This document shows, one piece after another, positions 22,719-31,549 of a stretch of DNA of 64,000 nt (positions are counted from its first letter, which is position 1; each line of letters begins with the position of its first letter). A program made the translations under genes and the position numbers. Below the pieces are notes generated by a model that worked only from the letters and a program-made list of their open reading frames with translations, was not told where the DNA came from and did no database searches. Origin of the DNA: Candidatus Bathyarchaeota archaeon (GTDB lineage: Archaea; Thermoproteota; Bathyarchaeia; Bathyarchaeales; Bathycorpusculaceae); assembly GCA_963811105.1 (NCBI GenBank), contig CAWEPZ010000002.1, forward strand, positions 602,984 to 666,983, in the 5' to 3' direction.

Positions 22719-23489
22719 TTGAAAACACTAGATATCGCCGTCATAGGTGTTTGCGCGGCACTTTATGCAGTAGTTGGACGCTTAACAGATTTAGGTGTAA
22801 CATTTCTTGGTGTGGCATTTTGGCCAGCCGTTGTAATACCAGCCATCTTTGCCGTACTATATGGACCATGGGTAGGAGGTATCGGTGGGGCAATTGGCAT
22901 TTTCATCCGAGACATGCTTTTCCACGGAAACGCCGCTTTAAGCCTCACTGCTGGTGTCCCGCCAAATTTCATCTTGTTCTTCCTCATCGGTTATATGTCT
23001 GCAAGAAATATCGATAATAGGAAGATCGCGGTTGCCCTAGTCCTTTCCGTTGCGGTAGTTATCACTGGACTCATAGTACCTACATTAGTTTTTCCAGCTG
23101 AGTTCTCAACATTAACTGGTGGTTTGTCATCAGCCGAAATACTTCTAGTGTTCGGTCTAACTGTAGTGCTAAGTTTAGTTGTTATTAGTGCTGTGGCTAT
23201 TCATTGGAAACAATGGAGAAGCTTCGCTGTTGCAGCTATCATTGGGCAAGCGGCAGGAGCAGGTTTGCTTTCCGTCACAATATGGGCGGTCAGTCCACTG
23301 TTCCTTTCTTACTTTAAAGGCCCCGTCGGAGCTACTTTCATCCTTCCACTATTCGTTTGGACTTTCGCCACGGAGATACCGTTCATTCTCCTCGTGGGAC
23401 CGCCAATAATAAAAGCGTGCTACAGAGCATTTCCAAGCCTCAGGCAAAGACAATTCGGTAGCCAAGAAAAAGGCGAAACCATTGACTAA
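22719..23489 (+). CDS. ECF transporter S component (candidate pantoate/pantothenate uptake)
   Basis: AALYAV, AVLYGPWVGGIGGAIGIFIRD; overlaps the pantoate kinase gene. Confidence 0.82.
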   Translation: MKTLDIAVIGVCAALYAVVGRLTDLGVTFLGVAFWPAVVIPAIFAVLYGPWVGGIGGAIGIFIRDMLFHGNAALSLTAGVPPNFILFFLIGYMSARNIDNRKIAVALVLSVAVVITGLIVPTLVFPAEFSTLTGGLSSAEILLVFGLTVVLSLVVISAVAIHWKQWRSFAVAAIIGQAAGAGLLSVTIWAVSPLFLSYFKGPVGATFILPLFVWTFATEIPFILLVGPPIIKACYRAFPSLRQRQFGSQEKGETID

Positions 23490-24441
23490 ACAAATGATAA
23501 AATCAGCAAAAGCCTTTGCACCAGCAGCAATATCCAGCTTCTTTGAAATCCACGATACTGAAGGCATCAAGCCAATTGCTAATTTAGAAAAAATGGGTGC
23601 TCGAGGTGGAGGATTTGGGCTTCAAAAAGGTATTCTAACCAAGGTAACCGCGCAAGAAGCAGAAAAAACTAGCGTTGAGATATCCATTAATTCCAAGCCT
23701 GCTTTGGAAGCAAAGACAACAAGACTGGCGGTTGAAACATTTCTTGCGAAAACTGAACAAGAATACGCTGTTTCGGTTGAGCATCAAGTTGATGTTCCTA
23801 TTGGAACAGGATTCGGCACTAGTGCAGGCGGAGCCTTAACCGCATGTTTGGCGCTGAAAGAAGCTTTAGCATTGCCCTTAACCTACAATCAAATAGGCAA
23901 AATAGCCCACATTGCAGAAATTAAATGTCAAACGGGATTAGGCACAGTAAGCTCATTAACATTTACTGGCGGCTGCGTACTTGTTGTTGAACCAGGTGCC
24001 CCAGGCATATGCCAACTTGACCGCATACCAATAACCCCTGATTATCTGATTGTAGCGGGCGTTTTCCAGTCAAACGTGTCAAAAAAAACGATTTTATCAG
24101 ACCCAGAGAAAAAGAAAATTATTAACCGCTATGGCAAGAAAACCTTACAGGCAATCCTTGATGAACCCAGTTTAGAAAATTTTCTTGAGCGGTGCTGGGA
24201 ATTTTCGGAAAAGTCAGGCATTGCAACGCCGAATGTTCGTCAACTAGTCAAACTGGCTAAGAAGGCTGGCGCAGTTGGTGCTGCCCAAAATATGATTGGG
24301 GAAGCTGTACATGCATTGGTGCTTGAAGAAAATGTCGGTCAGGTGGCGGAAGCTTTTAAGAAGCTTTTGCCCTCTGAACAAGTTATAGTAAGTAAAATTG
24401 AGCTCCAAGGCGCTAGGCTGATTGGTCATGCAGAAATATAA
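23482..24441 (+). CDS. pok: Pantoate kinase (GHMP family)
   Basis: AFAPAAISSFF, VPIGTGFGTSAG, AHIAEI...TGLGTV, QNMIGEAV. Confidence 0.9.
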   Translation: MTKQMIKSAKAFAPAAISSFFEIHDTEGIKPIANLEKMGARGGGFGLQKGILTKVTAQEAEKTSVEISINSKPALEAKTTRLAVETFLAKTEQEYAVSVEHQVDVPIGTGFGTSAGGALTACLALKEALALPLTYNQIGKIAHIAEIKCQTGLGTVSSLTFTGGCVLVVEPGAPGICQLDRIPITPDYLIVAGVFQSNVSKKTILSDPEKKKIINRYGKKTLQAILDEPSLENFLERCWEFSEKSGIATPNVRQLVKLAKKAGAVGAAQNMIGEAVHALVLEENVGQVAEAFKKLLPSEQVIVSKIELQGARLIGHAEI

Positions 24442-24907
24442 GAAAGTAGCAGTTGGCGGAACCTTTGATGAACTTCATAGAGGACACAGAACGTTGCTAG
24501 GAAAAGCTTTTGAAATCGGCGATAAAGTTGTCATAGGTTTGTCTTCAAATGAATTCGTATCAAAAATGGGCAAACCACACATAACTGCACCTTACGCCGA
24601 AAGGTATAGGGAAATAGAGGCTTACTTAGAAAAGTCTGGCTTGGCTGAAAGAGCAGAAATCGTCCCCTTAAATGACCCTTATGGCCTAACAATATCTGGC
24701 AAGGGCTTAGACGCATTAGTTGTAAGCAAAGAAACAGAAGTGATAGCCGCTAAAATAAATAAAATAGGAAAGGAAGCTGGTTTTTCACCATTAAGAATTG
24801 TAACCGTAAGCATGGTCCCTGCGGAAAACTGCTCGCCGATTTCTACAACTCGAGTTAGATATGGAGAAATCGACCGGAATGGCCACTTGCTTAACACTCC
24901 ACAATGA
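24428..24907 (+). CDS. coaD: Phosphopantetheine adenylyltransferase (archaeal type)
   Basis: VAVGGTFDELHRGH, LNDPYG, VVSKET, ISTTRVR.GEIDRNG. Confidence 0.93.
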   Translation: MQKYKKVAVGGTFDELHRGHRTLLGKAFEIGDKVVIGLSSNEFVSKMGKPHITAPYAERYREIEAYLEKSGLAERAEIVPLNDPYGLTISGKGLDALVVSKETEVIAAKINKIGKEAGFSPLRIVTVSMVPAENCSPISTTRVRYGEIDRNGHLLNTPQ

Positions 24908-24910
24908 TTG

Positions 24911-25750
24911 CTACAATATTTCTCCTATCACATTGATAGGTTTACTAATTGACGACATTAAATCTTCAAGCCTCTCTTTATCAACAGTGGTAAGAATTAC
25001 TGTAGCTGGACCAGCAGATTTGTTGAAATCCAAACCCTGCACTTCCATGAGCTTGAGTTGTCTGCCGACCCCATATGCCATCATTCTTGCCTCATCAGCG
25101 ATACCGAAAGTCCCAACAGCTGCAATGTCATGTACATATTTTTTTTGCGATAGTTGAATTACATTTTTGAGGTCTGCAATTTCGCCTTTTACTTCTGACA
25201 AAATTACTTCTTCGCCAACTTTTGGTTTACCAATGGCGACTATTAAATCACCTGGGATTGTTTTCCCAAGTCGTAGCTCTTCTTCATTTGCAAAGCCAAC
25301 TACAGTTAACCCTGCGCCAGTTTGTACAGTTTCGAAATTGTCTTCAGTGTTTTCCATGAGCACTTGGTTTGGGTCAAGCCCTATGCTTCTGGCTTCTCGG
25401 CTTATTCCTTGAATTATTTCGTTTCCTGTTGGGTCCTTTTCAACGCCTAAAGTAACGGATAACAACAGAGGAAAGGCTCCTGTCGCAGTCACATCCATTA
25501 AGGCAACTCTTGCCAAAAACTTTCCCAAAACACCCCCGTCAACTTTGACTTTATCCATGATTTTTGGACCTACTGCTCCTGATGATGTTGATCCCGTTAC
25601 AATAGCGTGGCCTGTTGGAATTCGAAGAATTGAAACGTCGCCTCTGCGGGTGTAGGCAATTTGGGCTGGTTTAACTTGGAACGCTAAAGGCCTAAGTATT
25701 GTCCCCACGTTCTCCACAAGGTGCAAATATACCGTTAAAGCTTGACGCAT
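24911..25750 (-). CDS. AIR-synthase/PurM-fold protein, alpha-ribazole kinase CblS-like
   Basis: GKFLARVALMDV...LGVEKDPTGNEIIQGI, TEDNFETVQTG, GKPKVGEEV, KSAGPAT; true start may be ~25714. Confidence 0.75.
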   Translation of the reverse strand: MRQALTVYLHLVENVGTILRPLAFQVKPAQIAYTRRGDVSILRIPTGHAIVTGSTSSGAVGPKIMDKVKVDGGVLGKFLARVALMDVTATGAFPLLLSVTLGVEKDPTGNEIIQGISREARSIGLDPNQVLMENTEDNFETVQTGAGLTVVGFANEEELRLGKTIPGDLIVAIGKPKVGEEVILSEVKGEIADLKNVIQLSQKKYVHDIAAVGTFGIADEARMMAYGVGRQLKLMEVQGLDFNKSAGPATVILTTVDKERLEDLMSSISKPINVIGEIL

Positions 25751-26035
25751 TACTTCTGAACGGGAAAGGCCATGTTCTTTCAGCTAGATTATCAATGTCC
25801 GAAATCACTTTATCTGGTAAACGTACGTTTATTATTTCCAAAACCTGCACCTCTGGTTACTTGAGTTGTACACCTACCTTATTATTTACTACTTAAAATT
25901 GTTAAGGAAATTTCCATGAAACATTCCTTTGAGCGGAATCTCAATGGAAGATGGATCAAATTTCTTAAGGTTAGAGCAAATAGCACAAATGTTATATGCT
26001 TCATTGACCTAAAAAACTGGAAGGGAGAGCTAACT

Positions 26036-27022
26036 ATGAGAAATAACAACAAAATCTTAACTCTAAGTATAATCTTTCTACTAACTTTAACCACAATATA
26101 TGTAAGCGCAGCGTCTATGGCACCTGCAAAAGCAGCAGACACTGCCACATACATCCAAAAATATACCATAAAAGATGGGACCACTGGAGACTTTATTTAT
26201 TCCAATGATCTCACCACCGGCTCAGCCAGTGGTAATTTACAAATAAGTAACGGGCAAGAATTGCAAGTTACAGTTACAATAAAAATCTCCACTAGCAATC
26301 CATCATCCAGCTTAACGCTTAGCACAGGCATGGCTCATCCGAGCGGTGACCACTACTGGGCACATGATTCGAGTGATGGATACAACTTGGGGGCTTACAA
26401 TCCTAATTCCGCAAGTTTCTCATTCACCCAGACGGCTGGAACCTTTACAATAACCTGCTTTGGAGTGGCATCAGGCGTAGTTGCAATTTCAGCGGGCGGA
26501 ATAACATTACATAAGTCAGTACCCGTCAGCTTAGTTGCACTCAAGGATCCCAGCGGAACAATATTGGACGAAATAAAGCCAAACATCACAGACGCATCTA
26601 TCAACGAATATAACACTAAACTGAAAGATGCACAGAATAAATTATCAAGTCTTGGCGGCGCTGACCCATCTTGGACTAGCTTAGCCCAAAATGTAATAAG
26701 TGCATCTCAGACTGTTGCTGACCAAGGTTTAACTGATAATGCAATCGCGATGCTTGACAGCTTAAACAATGCAAGTGCACCAGCGTCAGGAGCACTCCAA
26801 ATACTCTTTATACCCTTGATAGCAATATTCGCAGTCTTGGCAGGACTATTTGGATTCATGTTCATGAGAAATAGAAGCAAAGTAAGCTACTACAAACTTG
26901 TGGTTGAAGACCAAATCAAAGACCTCGAAGGCTTGACCCTCAGAGCTTCAAAGATCGACAGAACAATGGCTTCAAACCTTGATGGCGTGAAAGACAGATT
27001 GAAACGGTTAGTTGGGATGTGA
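26036..27022 (+). CDS. Membrane-anchored secreted protein with short cytoplasmic coiled coil
   Basis: Signal peptide MRNNNKILTLSIIFLL..., S/T/G-rich beta domain, helical stalk, TM ILFIPLIAIFAVLAGLFGFMFM, tail VVEDQIKDLEGL; abuts the tubulin-like gene. Confidence 0.85.
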   Translation: MRNNNKILTLSIIFLLTLTTIYVSAASMAPAKAADTATYIQKYTIKDGTTGDFIYSNDLTTGSASGNLQISNGQELQVTVTIKISTSNPSSSLTLSTGMAHPSGDHYWAHDSSDGYNLGAYNPNSASFSFTQTAGTFTITCFGVASGVVAISAGGITLHKSVPVSLVALKDPSGTILDEIKPNITDASINEYNTKLKDAQNKLSSLGGADPSWTSLAQNVISASQTVADQGLTDNAIAMLDSLNNASAPASGALQILFIPLIAIFAVLAGLFGFMFMRNRSKVSYYKLVVEDQIKDLEGLTLRASKIDRTMASNLDGVKDRLKRLVGM

Positions 27023-27025
27023 TAA

Positions 27026-29722
27026 GCGACGAAAATATACCAAAACAGTGTTCAAGTAATCGGCCTCGGTTCAGCCGGAACAAACATCGTCGAAGCTTTC
27101 CTCAAAAACGCAAAAACCATGGAACTGCTAGGGAACGACATTACTCGTCTTTCCCTTTTAGCAATTGACATAGCTGACCCAGAAATCAGAAGCCTATTAG
27201 AAACTGACGAAAAAATAACCAAATCGATGCTAAAAGCAGGCATTCCGCGAGAAAGACTCCGTGTAGTCGCTCAATCAGTAAAGTTCCCAACAGCCGAAGC
27301 AATGTTCGACTTCATTAACCAAAAATACAACGAATACCTAATAGGCGAAGGAGCTAAACTAGAAGATTTCAAACCGTGGCTTGAATCAACGATGGCAATT
27401 CCACCAATGGCGGGCGGCGCAGGCAGAAGAAGAGCATTAGCAAAAGCAATTTACGCTTTAAACTATTACCAACTTGGTATTATTCGCAATTGCATAAACG
27501 TCTTCAAAGAACAAGCCCTCTCATCAATTATCACTCCAACTGTAGTTCTAGTCTATGGTTTAGGCGGAGGAACAGGAAGCGGGATCTTCTTTGACTTCGC
27601 AAGGCATCTGCGGAAAACATTAGGCTCAGGTGTACCAATCATAGCCTTCGTCATCACTCCTTGTGGCGGAGATGACCCTCCAGCAAAGGGCTGCTCAGCA
27701 TTCACCGCGATGAGCGAGCTTTCGCTTTTGCTCAACAAAGACTATAATCAATATGTCATCAAAGAATTTGGTGACCTGTACCGGAATCCTTTGAACGCCC
27801 TTGTTTACTTGCCTTTGCTTCCTGCATTTTCAAAAGTAGGTAACATAGTTACGGCACGCAAAGAAATGGATGACATGGTTGTAGACATGCTTTATGTTCT
27901 TATGGATTTTGACTTAGCAGACTTGATGGGTGGCATAGGCACAGAAGTTGGGCTTACCACTAATTCAGCCCATACTCTGGGCATGATGAAAGTTATTTAT
28001 CCAGTGGATGACTACATTGCAGCATATAAAGTCAATTTTGAAAGCCTTCAACTGCTTCAAGAGCACCGAAAAGAAAAAATTCAGTTGTTAGATGCAATGT
28101 ACTGCTTGGTTAAAAATAACTATGATGTAGCAAAAGAATACTACAAAAACTATCTAATTAAAACGGGCACTTACAACGAAGAGCAATTTGAAGAAAAAGT
28201 CAAAGCATTAATTACAAGTAACCCGCGAATGGAAGATGACTTAGAACTGCACATCAAAGGCATCGAGATACAAGTTAGAAACTGGATGCGTGAATTAACA
28301 AGATTCCTCTCAACAATCAGATTCATGGGCAAACCTGGTCCAATTGAAGAAGCCATAATCGACCTTACTCTCAAGAAAGCGGGCACAAGGAAAATTGATA
28401 GCCTCGAAGCTTTGCTGGGTAACCTAACAAAAACTCATCTTGAGTTTTCAGATCGAAAAGCTGCCATTATCGAACGGTTGAGGCAGTTAATTCCAAGCTC
28501 GCAAGTCTTCACTGTAAGGCAAAAGAGAATTTTAGATGACTTTGTTAATATTTCTGAGATTGCTGAAAAATCCTTAAACACCTTGAAGTTCTACGATGAA
28601 ACTCGATACTTAACAGACGCATTAGTTCGATATTATAATGTTATGCCAGAGTGCACATGCGAACAGAACGAATTGAAAGACATACAATCTGAACTGGCAA
28701 CAATTTACCTCTTAGTTCAATTGATGCTTAGGTCACCTCAAGACGAAGCAAAAATGATTGAGGAGCACCTCGCCTACGTTAACGGAATCATCCTGAAACG
28801 TCAAGACAGCCGAAGTACTGTAGACAATGAAGTAGTAAGAATTCAAGAATCAAAGAAACGCAAAGAATTTGACAAATCAAAAATGGAAGCTCAACTAAGA
28901 AAGACTTTCAGTTCAAAGAGGTATGCAAGAGAACAACTACTCCAGTTAGATAGGGATTTGAAGAGGATTGAAACTGAAGAAGCGCTTGCTCTTGAGAATT
29001 TGACTAAAGCTGATAACTCAATTCAACTATACGAGAATTTAGCTAAGAGGGTGGAATTAGTATCTGATTACCGTAAGCGTCTCGGCAAAATTGTGGAGAT
29101 GCAGCGCGAATACGAAGAAAGACTTGCAACAATTACAGCGCCAAAGAAGTACTTTGAGAAATCAGCTGAACTAACCGAACTTGAGCAAAGAAAAATCCTA
29201 TTCAAGATACTGACTGAACAAGAAGAAATGCTGTCCAAAGACATTATATTCAGAGACATAATGGACATGGATCACTTCAAAGACTACATGAAAAGTGTAA
29301 TTAGAGCATTCAAGACACCAAGCGTTATGGGATTCAAACCAGTCTACAAAACAGATTACATCTGGGTAACTGTACAATGCCCACCAAACATGTGGACCGA
29401 AGACATGTCCCAAGAAGTCTACACAGCTCTCGCAGGATACGTAACCAGCGAAGTATCAAGAACAATTACTGTTCGAGTAACCGAGTCGAGAGACGCCTGG
29501 ACAACACGTATATTAGTGGTAGGCGGAAGAGCGAAATCTTCAGATATGGAAGCCTACGATGAAATGCAACTACTCTACAGCAAATCAACCGATTTCGAAA
29601 GACACCTCTCAAGATCTTATCTGCTTGAACACGGCGTTGCAGCAACACAAATAGTCAAAGAACTCAGCGGAAACGGCGGCGAAACCGCAACCAACGGAAA
29701 CGGCAAAAACAACAAAAAATAG
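27026..29722 (+). CDS. Giant tubulin/FtsZ-superfamily GTPase with internal coiled coil
   Basis: T1 VQVIGLGSAGTNIV (upstream of ATG 27119), AIDIAD, T3 GGAGRRR, T4 GLGGGTGSG, T7 DFDLADL, long E/K/L/Q heptad region, tubulin-like C-terminal strands. Confidence 0.9.
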   Translation, partial: ATKIYQNSVQVIGLGSAGTNIVEAFLKNAKTMELLGNDITRLSLLAIDIADPEIRSLLETDEKITKSMLKAGIPRERLRVVAQSVKFPTAEAMFDFINQKYNEYLIGEGAKLEDFKPWLESTMAIPPMAGGAGRRRALAKAIYALNYYQLGIIRNCINVFKEQALSSIITPTVVLVYGLGGGTGSGIFFDFARHLRKTLGSGVPIIAFVITPCGGDDPPAKGCSAFTAMSELSLLLNKDYNQYVIKEFGDLYRNPLNALVYLPLLPAFSKVGNIVTARKEMDDMVVDMLYVLMDFDLADLMGGIGTEVGLTTNSAHTLGMMKVIYPVDDYIAAYKVNFESLQLLQEHRKEKIQLLDAMYCLVKNNYDVAKEYYKNYLIKTGTYNEEQFEEKVKALITSNPRMEDDLELHIKGIEIQVRNWMRELTRFLSTIRFMGKPGPIEEAIIDLTLKKAGTRKIDSLEALLGNLTKTHLEFSDRKAAIIERLRQLIPSSQVFTVRQKRILDDFVNISEIAEKSLNTLKFYDETRYLTDALVRYYNVMPECTCEQNELKDIQSELATIYLLVQLMLRSPQDEAKMIEEHLAYVNGIILKRQDSRSTVDNEVVRIQESKKRKEFDKSKMEAQLRKTFSSKRYAREQLLQLDRDLKRIETEEALALENLTKADNSIQLYENLAKRVELVSDYRKRLGKIVEMQREYEERLATITAPKKYFEKSAELTELEQRKILFKILTEQEEMLSKDIIFRDIMDMDHFKDYMKSVIRAFKTPSVMGFKPVYKTDYIWVTVQCPPNMWTEDMSQEVYTALAGYVTSEVSRTITVRVTESRDAWTTRILVVGGRAKSSDMEAYDEMQLLYSKSTDFERHLSRSYLLEHGVAATQIVKELSGNGGETATNGNGKNNKK

Positions 29723-29746
29723 AAGGGAGCTTTAACTCCTTTTTTA
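29723..29746. terminator. Hairpin plus T-run between convergent tubulin-like genes
   Basis: AAGGGAG-cttaa-CTCCTTTTTT. Confidence 0.5.
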
Positions 29747-31483
29747 TTCCAATAAACTTTTTGTGATTAACTGCCAATCTTCTTCAGTTATCGAACCTTT
29801 TTTCACTGCTTTGTTCTTCATTTTTTCAATTCTTTTCTCTAGTGCAGTAAATCTTGTAATGGTGTCAAAGCCGCCTACAAACAAGGCTATATCTATGCGG
29901 TCACTGCTGTCTTCTACATACACTGGGTCAGTTATGAAGATTGATTCGAGGTCTGCTTTATTCTTGAACCAGTCAGCTACTGCTAATTCAATTTTTCCCC
30001 TTGTAAGCTTTTCTTTCAACTGAAATGGCATTCGCATAAGAACATAAACTATGGTGGCGGTTGATAGGTCAAAAGTAAAAAGTGGTCGGAGCAGAGTAGA
30101 GTTAAGCATATTTTCTAATGAACCGTAAATTTTCAAGCTTACCCCAGGTGATAATAAAACAGTGAACATTTTGGAGCCAAACGATTTCGACATCTCACAA
30201 AGTTCTGGGACAAGAGTTTCTTTAGCTAACATTAAATCAAGAAGGTAATTCAATACTTCGTTTCCGTTAATGGCGTAACCGCTTCGGTCAACACCTACGT
30301 AACTTTCGAGATTGTCTCTATCAAAAAGCACAAGCGCTGTATCTTGTTTCGAAGCCAAAATGCCTATGGACGCAAAACTGTTGAATTGCCCATCTATGGG
30401 CTGCGCCTTCGAGGGCAAAAGTGGTAGAGCTATGGAGTTTATATTCCATTCTTTGAATTGAGAATTTAAGGTTGGTAATAGAGCGCTACTTATGCCGTCC
30501 CAAGTGGATGAAACTATGATGGCGCCTTGAAGTTTCTCGATAGGTTTGCTCTTAATTTTTCCAAAAAAGTTTTCATTGCCTGTCATATAGGGCAAAATGT
30601 CGTACCAGAAATGAGTATCAATATCCTCATCTAAACAGACAATATTGTTATCTTCAAGTTTTCCCCGACCCCATTTAACCACATCTTTAGTTGATTTTTC
30701 AACAAAGATAGGTAGAACCCCTCTGACTTTTTTGCCTGCAAAAGAGCCTTTTAAGAGAATGCTTATTGGGTATTCACCAATGCATATGACCGCTTTTGTC
30801 GGTAAAAGAGACTTTAAATTATCAGTAAATTCTCCTATGTTTTCGACACTGTCTGTTAATGGTACTTTATTCTCAACCTCGATTGACATGCTCGCGACTA
30901 CACTTTCTACTGGCAACGCAATTTGCTCAAGGTCGGGGCGAGTCAATGGATCAGCGAGTTTATCTTGATCCTTCACCCATTTCAATTCGATGAGTGTTTG
31001 ATTCTGTTTTCCATCAATCAATTGAACATTGGTATCGATTTGAGGTTTTTCCAGCGTTTCTTTTTCGTTTTCAGCTGATTTGTTGTCTATTTCCACGATG
31101 TTTTCTTGAGTTGCGGCCTCTGATGAGGCTGGTTGAATATTATTAGCTTTGTCAGCGGTTTGAACCGGATTGTCGGTTGAAGTTAGCAATGTTTCACTTT
31201 GTTGACCACTGTCTTGGTTGTTTGTTGGGGCTGTATTAGATTCGACTTCAGCCTGTGATGGCTGTTTTACATTTTCAGCTGACAGTAAGTTGCTATCGCT
31301 GTCAATTGGTTGAATGTTGTCGTTAATCCCAACTGGCTGTTTTGCTGTTTCATCAACGGTTGGTTGTGTGAAGTTGTCGTTATTGATTGGTGCAGACGGT
31401 TTGTTGGTTCCATTTGCACGTTCTTTTTCATAGTCACTTTTTGAATACCATAATTTCAGTTTTCTTCTAGGCAAAGTTATCAC
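29744..31483 (-). CDS. Degenerate tubulin/FtsZ-fold protein with acidic disordered N-terminus
   Basis: ~225-aa N/Q/D/E/P/T-rich N-terminus; AVICIGEYP, VSSTWDGISSALLP, LPLLPS..NSFASI, LVLFDRDNL, DLSTATIVYVL, IDIALFVGG follow FtsZ/CetZ element order. Confidence 0.7.
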   Translation of the reverse strand: MITLPRRKLKLWYSKSDYEKERANGTNKPSAPINNDNFTQPTVDETAKQPVGINDNIQPIDSDSNLLSAENVKQPSQAEVESNTAPTNNQDSGQQSETLLTSTDNPVQTADKANNIQPASSEAATQENIVEIDNKSAENEKETLEKPQIDTNVQLIDGKQNQTLIELKWVKDQDKLADPLTRPDLEQIALPVESVVASMSIEVENKVPLTDSVENIGEFTDNLKSLLPTKAVICIGEYPISILLKGSFAGKKVRGVLPIFVEKSTKDVVKWGRGKLEDNNIVCLDEDIDTHFWYDILPYMTGNENFFGKIKSKPIEKLQGAIIVSSTWDGISSALLPTLNSQFKEWNINSIALPLLPSKAQPIDGQFNSFASIGILASKQDTALVLFDRDNLESYVGVDRSGYAINGNEVLNYLLDLMLAKETLVPELCEMSKSFGSKMFTVLLSPGVSLKIYGSLENMLNSTLLRPLFTFDLSTATIVYVLMRMPFQLKEKLTRGKIELAVADWFKNKADLESIFITDPVYVEDSSDRIDIALFVGGFDTITRFTALEKRIEKMKNKAVKKGSITEEDWQLITKSLLE

Positions 31484-31549
31484 TTTCGGGGCTTTTTTCT
31501 CGATAAGCTTAAGAAGACTATAGCAAAATAAGGTTTTAGGTATTTACCC

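Noticed and set aside
27017-27025. Read-through fusion of the membrane protein to the in-frame tubulin gene (Sec/Pyl recoding)
   Set aside because: Two consecutive stops (TGA TAA) and no recoding element seen; separate initiation is simpler.
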